Source: a virus (taxonomy: Duplodnaviria; Caudoviricetes). From it: a DNA stretch of 64,000 nt. The DNA is taken from the IMG/VR virus record IMGVR_UViG_2862611759_000001. One strand, given 5' to 3'. A program made the translations under genes and the position numbers. Below the pieces are notes generated by a model. That model was not told the origin of the DNA and did not search any database. It saw only the letters and a program-made list of their open reading frames with translations. Positions 57,109 through 64,000 of the stretch are shown here, piece by piece. Position 1 is the first letter of the stretch. Each line of letters opens with the position of its first letter.

Positions 57109-57270
57109 ATGGCCAAGGTCTGTGTGGAGATGTGCTCGTGCGACCGCGGATACATCCGTGACGCCGTCCTCGATGAGGACACCGGCAAGTCGATCCCGAT
57201 CGACTACCTCTGCCGGAAGTGCGACGGAACCCAGTGCATCGACTGCGCCTACGGAGATGGCTGCGCGTAG
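57109..57270 (+). CDS. Cys-rich mini-protein (53 aa, 8 Cys)
   Basis: GGGGAG RBS. MAKVCVEMCSCDRG...LCRKCDGTQCIDCAYGDGCA. Confidence 0.55.
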   Translation: MAKVCVEMCSCDRGYIRDAVLDEDTGKSIPIDYLCRKCDGTQCIDCAYGDGCA

Positions 57271-57397
57271 GAAGGGACGAAGCAAATGAGTGGGCCCTCC
57301 CGGGGTAAGCGGGAGGGCCCACGCGCAGCATATGGAGGCCACGATCTACTGGGGCGTACCGGCCCCGCGCGAGGGTCCGGCGGCGTTGAATATGCCT

Positions 57398-58066
57398 ATG
57401 GACATAGTTGAGGGCGGAATCGCCGCCGTCGCCGCCGCGTTCAGCGGCTGGGCCGCGTACAGCGCCATGAAGGCCGCCGATGCCGCCGACGACAACTCCA
57501 AGGTGGCGAACCAGACTGCGGAGCTGGCGCGGCAGACCGCAGAGGCCGTGGCCCAGATCGAACGGGACCGCTGGCACAAGGAACTGACGCCGCGCATCGT
57601 CTGCAGGCTGACGCAGGAGCGCGGCATGCTGGAGCTGGTGGTGGCGTACGAGGGGCCGACCACCCTCGGGAAGCTGAGCGTCGTGTCGTTGACCATCCGC
57701 GACGACAGGGACCGCAGCACCGCGCCGGCCCTCGGTGGTGGGCTGCCCCTCGAGGAGGTCAAGGCGACGATCTGGGGGCCCTACCGCTTCACCAGCCGCA
57801 CGCCGGAGGACAACACTGGGCGGACGGCCACGCCGTTCTCCGTGGAACCGGGCGATGAGATGCGGTTCTCGGTCACCCCCACCTTCCCGCACCGGCTCTA
57901 CGGGGGCGACGGGAACACCGCTCAGTGGAGGGCGGAGTTCCTGCCGAAGGACTTCCGACTGTGGGTCGGATGCGAGGCAGAGGGGCACAAGCCCTGGAAG
58001 CTGATGGCGGATGTGCCGCACGAGGACGGGGTCTCGCGGGACCCTGCCGGGGTGCTGGCGTCCTAG
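57398..58066 (+). CDS. Membrane-anchored hypothetical protein
   Basis: N-terminal TM, coiled coil, beta-rich domain. Confidence 0.6.
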   Translation: MDIVEGGIAAVAAAFSGWAAYSAMKAADAADDNSKVANQTAELARQTAEAVAQIERDRWHKELTPRIVCRLTQERGMLELVVAYEGPTTLGKLSVVSLTIRDDRDRSTAPALGGGLPLEEVKATIWGPYRFTSRTPEDNTGRTATPFSVEPGDEMRFSVTPTFPHRLYGGDGNTAQWRAEFLPKDFRLWVGCEAEGHKPWKLMADVPHEDGVSRDPAGVLAS

Positions 58067-58172
58067 GCGCTGCGGGGGAGCCAGCGGGACGTTTCTCCGG
58101 TGAACCACTTCGCCCGCCTGGACCAGACTTCGGCTGATCGGCGGACAAACGGCAGGCCAGGGCGCTATCCAC

Positions 58173-58862
58173 GTGTTCGTGATCAAGAACATGGCCCGCG
58201 GCCTCGCCGCGCTCTCCCTCGCCCTCGCCCCGCTCGCCGTCCCGCACACCGCGCTCGCCGCGCCCCAGGCGCCCGGGGCCGCCGTGGTGCTGCCACTTGC
58301 CGAAGCGATCAAGCAGATCCCCGTCGCCGCCGAGTCCCGAGACGGCTACGAGCGGACCAAGTTCAAGCACTGGAACGCCGGCCTGGATCCGGCCGACGGC
58401 TGCAACACCCGCAACGAGGTCCTCCTCGCGGAGGCGATCGAGTCGCCGACGGTCGGGGCCGGCTGCAAGCTGACCGGCGGCCGCTGGTTGAGCTACTACG
58501 ACGGCCAGGAGGTCACCGACCCGGCCAAGCTCGACATCGACCACGTGATCCCGCTCGCCGAGGCCTGGGACTCCGGTGCGAGCGCCTGGACCGCCGCGCG
58601 GCGCGAGGCCTACGCCAACGACCAGGGCGCGGCCAGCTCGCTGGTGGCGGTGACCGCCCGGTCGAACCGGTCGAAGGCAGACCAGGACCCGGCGCAGTGG
58701 ATGCCGCCGGCCCCGGAGGCGATCTGCCGGTACATCGAGGAGTGGACCGCGGGCAAGAGCCGCTGGGGCCTGTCCGCGGACCAGAGCGAGATCGACGCCC
58801 TCAGCGTGTACGCCGACGGCCCGTGTGACGACTCGGTCGTCCACTACACCCCGGCGCCGTAG
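58173..58862 (+). CDS. Secreted HNH/DUF1524-family nuclease
   Basis: Signal peptide, GYER..F.HW, CNTRNEVL, LDIDHVIPLAEAWDSGA, NRSKADQDP. Confidence 0.88.
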   Translation: MFVIKNMARGLAALSLALAPLAVPHTALAAPQAPGAAVVLPLAEAIKQIPVAAESRDGYERTKFKHWNAGLDPADGCNTRNEVLLAEAIESPTVGAGCKLTGGRWLSYYDGQEVTDPAKLDIDHVIPLAEAWDSGASAWTAARREAYANDQGAASSLVAVTARSNRSKADQDPAQWMPPAPEAICRYIEEWTAGKSRWGLSADQSEIDALSVYADGPCDDSVVHYTPAP

Positions 58863-58885
58863 TGGCAGCGGAGCAGACCGCCCCG

Positions 58886-58913
58886 GGCCGTGACAGGGGT
58901 GCCTGTCACGGCC
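58886..58913. terminator. Hairpin terminator
   Basis: GGCCGTGACAGG-GGTG-CCTGTCACGGCC. Confidence 0.65.
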
Positions 58914-58993
58914 TGGCCAGCGCATTCGCCCAGTCGGGTACAGCTCGACGGAACACCGCGTCGCGCTTCACGCCGCTCGCTAGGCTGCGCGCC

Positions 58994-59563
58994 GTGATGA
59001 GGAGACGGTTACGTCTGCTGCTTGCCGCGGCAGCCTGCACAGCCCTCGTCGGCGCTGTTCCGGCCCCGGCAGCTCGCACCGCCGCGGCGGCCGCGTGCGT
59101 GGGCGGCGAGACCGAGTCCAAGGGCAACTCCGCCGTCGACGACGGGGAGATCCGCTGGACGGACAACACCGCCTACGACGACGCCCGCAAGTACGCGATC
59201 TCGACGTGGCAGTACTCCGGATCGAAGATCAAAATCGTCGCCGACTCCGCGCTCACCTCCAACGACGTCGAGTTCAAGGACGCCAACCTCGGCACCCGGG
59301 CCACCGACCCCCTCGGCCGGTACGAGCGGCACGGATCCTTCGGGGCGACCGACTACATCATCTTCAACAAGCAGAAGCTCGCCGGCGCCTCGAAGGACCG
59401 GCTGCGCTACGTCGCGCTCCACGAACTCGGCCACGCCCTGGGCCTGTGCCACAAGAGCGACACCGTCGTCTCCCTGATGTGGAAGACAGCGCCGTCGCCC
59501 GGCTACGAGATCACGTGGATCCCCGACGTCGACAAGACCAGCTACAAGAAGCTCTGGGGCTGA
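58994..59563 (+). CDS. Secreted zinc metalloprotease (metzincin, matrixin/snapalysin-like)
   Basis: Signal peptide, HELGHALGLCH (HExxHxxGxxH), Met-turn SLM. TAGGCT just upstream. Confidence 0.85.
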   Translation: MMRRRLRLLLAAAACTALVGAVPAPAARTAAAAACVGGETESKGNSAVDDGEIRWTDNTAYDDARKYAISTWQYSGSKIKIVADSALTSNDVEFKDANLGTRATDPLGRYERHGSFGATDYIIFNKQKLAGASKDRLRYVALHELGHALGLCHKSDTVVSLMWKTAPSPGYEITWIPDVDKTSYKKLWG

Positions 59564-59564
59564 G

Positions 59565-60056
59565 ATGAACAAGCTCGTGCTCGGGACCGCCCTCGCCGTG
59601 ACGCTCGCCGCGGCCGGCGCCGGCGGCCTCGCCTACTACCAGCAGGACGACACGGTCCAGGTGGAGTCGCTGTGCGCGGCGACCGCCTCCGACGCGGCCG
59701 AGGCGGCCCGCGCGCAGAACCTCGCCCTGGTCGACGTCGTCGAGCGCGGCCCGTTCGTGGCCAAGGGCGACGGCGCCGGTCTGCAGACGTTCAAGGTCCG
59801 CACCCTGTCCGTGTTCAAGGGGGCGCTGCCGGCCGAGGCGGAGATCGGCCTGCCACAGGGCGCGGAGACCCAGATGCAGACCGGCGGCCGCTACGAGGTG
59901 TCAGTCCTCGGCCCCGAAGGCGGCACCTGGCTGGCCCGCTTCACCCGCGCGGTTCCGACGGGCCAGACCTCCGCGGACGTCGCCGCGCACTGGAAGACCG
60001 AGCTCGACAAGCGCTTCGTCGAGCCGCCGTGCAACGACACCACGGCCGCGCCCTAG
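59565..60056 (+). CDS. Exported partner protein of the metalloprotease
   Basis: Signal/TM helix, two Cys, beta-rich segment (FKVRTLSVFKG...GGRYEV). Starts 1 nt after the protease stop. Confidence 0.65.
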   Translation: MNKLVLGTALAVTLAAAGAGGLAYYQQDDTVQVESLCAATASDAAEAARAQNLALVDVVERGPFVAKGDGAGLQTFKVRTLSVFKGALPAEAEIGLPQGAETQMQTGGRYEVSVLGPEGGTWLARFTRAVPTGQTSADVAAHWKTELDKRFVEPPCNDTTAAP

Positions 60057-61294
60057 GAGACTGCCCCCGCCTTCCATTCCGCCGGGGCGTCCGGGGTCTC
60101 CACGTCGTCGTACAGGCCTCGGTAGGTGTCGAGGTGCGTCGCGTAGTGGGTGCGGCCAGCGTCGGTCAGGTGCAGGACCGTCAGCTGCAGGTCGGGGGAG
60201 GAGTGGCGGGGGAAGAGGTGCGGCGGAACGTCCTTCTGCGCGGCGAGGGGCCCGTCGCGGAACTCCAGGAGCTTGGCGGGTGCTGCGGCGCTGCGGGTGA
60301 TGTGGCGCACCGCGGTGTTGGTCAGCCCGGAGGGGAGCGCTGTCAGCTCGGCCGGCGGCGTGCGCCCGTAGTCTGTCCACCGCCTGGACCACTCCTGGCG
60401 GATGTACAGCTCGTTGGCGATGTCGGCCTCGGCGAGGGCGGCCAGGAGCAGGAACGGCGGCCGGGCGAGGAGACCGCGCGGCTTGCTGATCTTGTGGTCG
60501 TCGAGGCTGCGGTGTGCGCCTTCGGGCAGCTCGTCGGGGACGGGTGCGTCGACGCCCGGCCACAGCTCGGCATAGCAGCGAACGTGCTGCTCGTAGTGCG
60601 CCCGCCCGGCGGCCGTCAGGAGCACCCGCCTCTCGGTCGGGGTGACCATGTGCCCCATGTAGCTCTTGAACGGCTCCGCGCCGGTCGTCATCTGCTTGGT
60701 CTCGACGAGGCGGCCGCCCTGGCGATCCATCTGCTGCAGGAAGAACAGCGCCTTGTGGGAGGGCGTGCGCTCCTCGGGCGGGGTGCCGCGGGGCGAGTAC
60801 TCGGGCATCCCGTCCGGGCCTGCGCGGAACAGGCGCACCAGGTTCTCCCACAGCCACTCGGAGAGCAGGCCGCGCGGAGGGGACTTCGGCGCGGTGTGCC
60901 CAAGGCCGGCGCGGGCGGTCGCCCGGCCGAGCGTCGTCATCTTCACCCGTACCCGCGGCACCGGGCCCAGCACGGTCTGGACGATGTCGTCCTGGACCTC
61001 GATCAGGGCCCGGCGCCGCAGCGCGGCCAGCGAGGAGCCGGCGCCCTGGTCGTGCTCGTCCTTCGCGGCCAGCGCGGACTGGATCGGCGTCCGGCCCACC
61101 AGCGCGGCCGGGGCCTTGATGGAGAAGGGCAGCCAGCGCCACTCGCTGGCCGGCGTCCGGCTCCAGGTGAACGCGTCGCCCTTGTGGCTCGCCTCGGCGT
61201 TCTGGTCAGCGCTGTAGATCACCGTGAGGTAAGTCTGCTGGCGGGGGTTCAGCCCGGCCCACAGGTCAGCGGGCTGAGGACGCCGGTCGGTCAC
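60053..61294 (-). CDS. Hypothetical protein with repeated winged-helix-like modules
   Basis: Three repeats of [ML]T-x-[LA]GR-x (MTTLGRA, LTAAGRAHY, LTDAGRTHY). Confidence 0.6.
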   Translation of the reverse strand: MTDRRPQPADLWAGLNPRQQTYLTVIYSADQNAEASHKGDAFTWSRTPASEWRWLPFSIKAPAALVGRTPIQSALAAKDEHDQGAGSSLAALRRRALIEVQDDIVQTVLGPVPRVRVKMTTLGRATARAGLGHTAPKSPPRGLLSEWLWENLVRLFRAGPDGMPEYSPRGTPPEERTPSHKALFFLQQMDRQGGRLVETKQMTTGAEPFKSYMGHMVTPTERRVLLTAAGRAHYEQHVRCYAELWPGVDAPVPDELPEGAHRSLDDHKISKPRGLLARPPFLLLAALAEADIANELYIRQEWSRRWTDYGRTPPAELTALPSGLTNTAVRHITRSAAAPAKLLEFRDGPLAAQKDVPPHLFPRHSSPDLQLTVLHLTDAGRTHYATHLDTYRGLYDDVETPDAPAEWKAGAVS

Positions 61295-61321
61295 AAGGCC
61301 TCCTGGGATTGGCTTCGGCCG

Positions 61322-61618
61322 TCAGCGGTTCTCGCCGAGCCGCCGGGCGGTCTCCTGCGCCCCGATGCGGACGCCTTCGAGGAAGGCGTAGGCGTCGCTC
61401 AGCGACATGGGGCCCAGCCCGGACGAGCCGCGACCGCCGCTGATGTCGAAGTGGTAGCCCTGGCCGGACTCGATGACGCGGATGGTGAGACCGCTCTCGA
61501 TCGAGGCGACGCCAGCACTCCACTCCACCTCGGTCAGCGGGGGCCAGGTCTCGTCGTAGGCGGGGCTGTAGCTGCCGTCAGCGTTCCGGGTGACGGTGAG
61601 CGGCTGGCGGTCGGTCAA
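61322..61618 (-). CDS. Hypothetical protein
   Basis: GGAG RBS and TTG start. Confidence 0.55.
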   Translation of the reverse strand: MTDRQPLTVTRNADGSYSPAYDETWPPLTEVEWSAGVASIESGLTIRVIESGQGYHFDISGGRGSSGLGPMSLSDAYAFLEGVRIGAQETARRLGENR

Positions 61619-61655
61619 CAGGGTCTCCAGGGGCGGGAAAGGCCAGGCTGCGCGG

Positions 61656-61913
61656 TCAGTCGACCTCGACGTAGGTGACGATGAGGATGCTGCCGAGCGC
61701 GGTCGCGTAGAACACGACCCGAACCCCGTCGTGCTGGTAGTCGCGCAGTGCGGACGCGGTGGCGTGCGGCTTCACCGCGTCCGGGTCCGCCGCGATGGCG
61801 TTGAGGGTTCCGTCCAGGATGGCGGCCTGCGCGGGGGTGAGGAGACGGACCTGGGTCTCGGCCGGCTCGATGAACACGATCCGGGGCCGCCGCCCGCGAG
61901 TGTGCCTAGGCAA
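61656..61913 (-). CDS. RelE/ParE-like toxin
   Basis: About 85 aa. IVFIEPAETQVRLL...IAADP...RDY...VRVVFY...ILIVTYV. Overlaps the upstream small acidic gene. Confidence 0.55.
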   Translation of the reverse strand: MPRHTRGRRPRIVFIEPAETQVRLLTPAQAAILDGTLNAIAADPDAVKPHATASALRDYQHDGVRVVFYATALGSILIVTYVEVD

Positions 61914-62112
61914 CTTCGGGGGCCTCGGCGTTCCGCTCGGGCAGGCCAGCCTCCACACGGAGGTCCTCCCAGTCCCTGCCCCGGTCCAGGTCGATACCCT
62001 CCGCCGCCAGGTTCTCCAGGACGTACGCGAGCGCCGGATTCCCGGGGAACTCCGCGCGCGCGGCCTCCCGCAGCTCACGCTGTTCGTCCTCGCTGAAGAT
62101 GAGGTGCGCCAT
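61906..62112 (-). CDS. Putative antitoxin
   Basis: 68 aa, acidic, C-terminal WEDLRVEAGL, directly upstream of the toxin. Confidence 0.55.
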   Translation of the reverse strand: MAHLIFSEDEQRELREAARAEFPGNPALAYVLENLAAEGIDLDRGRDWEDLRVEAGLPERNAEAPEVA

Positions 62113-62233
62113 CAGAGGCCTCCGCCGGTCGGGTACACCGCTGAGGCTAGCGCAGCAGCGTCGCCCCGGGCGGCCGGTCCGGTCAGGTCACGCCCTGCCC
62201 GCGGTCTTCGGTCGCGCGGTCCCGCATGCCGGG

Positions 62234-62728
62234 TCAGGCGGTCGCTGAGGGCAGCTCCACGACGGTGCCGCCCTCCAACCGCTGCTCCGCGTCCATCGCG
62301 TGCCCCCGGCAGGCCGGGAACGAGGTGCCGGCCGCGTCGGTGATCGTGTGCGTGACCGGCTCCCCGCACGTGGTGCCGAGCTTGTCGTAGCCCCACGACC
62401 TCGTGCAGCCCGGGTCCGTGCACCAGGCGCGGCCGCCGCTGCCCCGCAGGGTGTTGCCGTGCTCCGGGCACACGCCCCACGGCACACCGCACAGCCGTGG
62501 GTCCCGCCTGGTACGGATCCGAGCCAGGTCGGCGACGGTCAACTCCAGGGCATCCCGGCCACGGCGCATGTTCTCTGCGGCGTCGGCCAGGCGGAAGGCG
62601 GTGTCCCGGGTCTCCTCGCTCGCGCGGAGCCGGTCCTGGATTTCGGCGATGCGCTGCTCAAGTGCTTCTGTCTGGGCCGCCAACATCCGGAGCTCGGCCG
62701 GTGTCGGCTCTTGCTGCTCGTCGCTCAC
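62234..62728 (-). CDS. Coiled-coil plus Cys-rich hypothetical protein
   Basis: CGVPWGVCPEHG...CTDPGC...C...CRGH. Confidence 0.55.
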   Translation of the reverse strand: MSDEQQEPTPAELRMLAAQTEALEQRIAEIQDRLRASEETRDTAFRLADAAENMRRGRDALELTVADLARIRTRRDPRLCGVPWGVCPEHGNTLRGSGGRAWCTDPGCTRSWGYDKLGTTCGEPVTHTITDAAGTSFPACRGHAMDAEQRLEGGTVVELPSATA

Positions 62729-62799
62729 GGGGGTCCTCTCGGGGTACGGCGGTCCGCCGAGTATCCCAGCGACCACCGACACCGCGGGCGGGATCGCGC

Positions 62800-63456
62800 C
62801 TAGACGACCAGCTCAGAGTCGGAGCAGCCCGAGTCTGATGTGCCGAAGCACTGGTCCACGGACCCCCGGTCCAGGGCGACGTGGTAGTGCTGGCCCGGCG
62901 TGGCCGTGTTGACGACGATGTTCGGATCGCCCAGGTCCAGGCCGCGCCGGAACCCGTTCATCACCCAGGTCAAAGGCGCACCGAGGGCCGAGGTGTCGGT
63001 CCTGCGGGTGTGGAGCCGATCGCCAGCCTCGTCCTTGTGCGAGCAGCGGTTCGTGCGCCCCGCGAGCTCGGCGCGGATGTAGGCGATCGCCTGCTCAAGA
63101 ACCTCCGGCTGGCGTACGGCCTCGTCGCGCAGCTGTCGTATCTCCCGCTCGTCGGACTCGGTGTACTTGGCGCCGTCGAAGAGAGCGTGGCAATTCGGGC
63201 AGAGCGGCAGGACGTTACCGATGTTGTGGAAGAGCGAGTAGGTGTACTCGTCGATGACCTTGGTGAACTTTTCCGTCTCCGGCACGGAACCCTTCATCTT
63301 GGTGGTCACGACCTTGAGAGTCCCGGGCCAGTTCCGGATGTGCGCCATCACCGGGTCTGGCCGGCTGATACCGCACCGCAGGCAGGACACGCCGAAGATC
63401 ATCCGGACGGCGCGGAGCAGGACATCGGGGTTCCGCGGCCGGACGGTATTCATCAT
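62800..63456 (-). CDS. HNH endonuclease-like protein
   Basis: CLRCG...AHI...NVLPLCPNCHALFD. Confidence 0.75.
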   Translation of the reverse strand: MMNTVRPRNPDVLLRAVRMIFGVSCLRCGISRPDPVMAHIRNWPGTLKVVTTKMKGSVPETEKFTKVIDEYTYSLFHNIGNVLPLCPNCHALFDGAKYTESDEREIRQLRDEAVRQPEVLEQAIAYIRAELAGRTNRCSHKDEAGDRLHTRRTDTSALGAPLTWVMNGFRRGLDLGDPNIVVNTATPGQHYHVALDRGSVDQCFGTSDSGCSDSELVV

Positions 63457-63462
63457 GCCCCC

Positions 63463-63485
63463 ACCGTAGGGGCGCCCACTGACAA
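63463..63485 (-). promoter_or_regulatory. RecA-NDp-type DNA-damage promoter (leaderless)
   Basis: TTGTCAGTG-GGCGCCCC-TACGGT, then 6 nt, then ATG. Confidence 0.7.
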
Positions 63486-63518
63486 CGCCTCCGAAGTGCG
63501 GCCGGGCCTGCGGTGTTC

Positions 63519-64000
63519 CTACAACGCGACGCCCACCGTCACGGGCTCGTTGACGAGGGTGACCCCGAAGGCGTCCCGTACCCCGGCGACGACCTCGCGG
63601 GCGAGCGCGAGCAGGTCCTCGGTGGTCGCCTCGCCGCGGTTGGTGAGGGCGAGGGTGTGCTTGGTGGAGATCCGGACGGGCCCGGTCCCGTAGCCCTTCA
63701 CGAAGCCGGCCTTGTCGATCAGCCAGGCGGCGGAGGTCTTCACCTGGCCGTCCGTGGTCGGGAACGCCGGCGGCGCCACCTCGTCGCCGAGGCGCGCGCG
63801 GGCCTTAGCGGCGAACGCGTCGAAGGCCTCGATCGTGAGGATCGGGTTGGTGAAGAAGGAGCCGGCCGACCACGTGTCGTGGTCCTCCGGGTCCAGGACC
63901 ATGCCCTTGCCCGCCCGCAGCCGCAGGACGGTCTCCCGGGCCCGCGTGAGGGGCACCCGGTCGCCGGCCTCGACGCCGAGGGCGCGGGCGGTCTCCGGGT
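63519..64000 (-). CDS. murB: UDP-N-acetylenolpyruvoylglucosamine reductase, 3' part (host gene)
   Basis: KGMVLDPEDHDTWSAGSFFTNP, KTSAAWLI, ISTKHTLALTNRG, LVNEP. Confidence 0.95.
   Translation of the reverse strand, partial: PETARALGVEAGDRVPLTRARETVLRLRAGKGMVLDPEDHDTWSAGSFFTNPILTIEAFDAFAAKARARLGDEVAPPAFPTTDGQVKTSAAWLIDKAGFVKGYGTGPVRISTKHTLALTNRGEATTEDLLALAREVVAGVRDAFGVTLVNEPVTVGVAL

Larger units (their letters stand above)
1..63500. mobile_element. Temperate siphovirus-like prophage / phage-plasmid; left end outside the window, right boundary approximate
   Basis: Tail and lysis modules, early phage genes, Rep-DciA-ParBA-parS and a shared operator motif spanning 16.4-57 kb. Abuts host murB. 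Confidence 0.8.

Noticed and set aside
63457-63560. Attachment site or tRNA at the prophage/murB junction
   Set aside because: No tRNA-like sequence or direct repeat was recognisable, and the partner end is outside the window.

Overview
Very high-GC actinomycete (Streptomyces-like) DNA. Nearly all of the window is one siphovirus-type temperate element; a host housekeeping gene (3' half of murB) is at the right edge. Left to right: tail module (tape measure, distal tail, minor tail proteins), lysis cassette (amidase, holin), a low-GC HEPN-motif moron, two tandem tyrosine-recombinase-like genes, a divergent WYL/repressor control region, recombination and methylation genes, a plasmid-type replicon (HTH Rep with internal DnaA boxes, DciA-like loader, ParB, ParA, nine copies of a parS-like palindrome), several early operons that each start at a conserved 13-6-13 palindromic operator/promoter, and accessory cargo. 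The element looks like a phage-plasmid lying next to chromosomal DNA. The most striking cargo: (1) a stand-alone type III polyketide synthase paired with an MmyB-type ligand-binding regulator, a candidate phage small-molecule signalling system; (2) a 42-aa peptide of five D-x-[GE]-W repeats facing an XRE/TPR-like regulator, a candidate peptide-communication module; (3) a recombinase-like protein with no catalytic Tyr and an inserted LacI-type HTH. All calls come from reading motifs by eye, with no database searches. Start codons were refined manually and may be off by a few codons.
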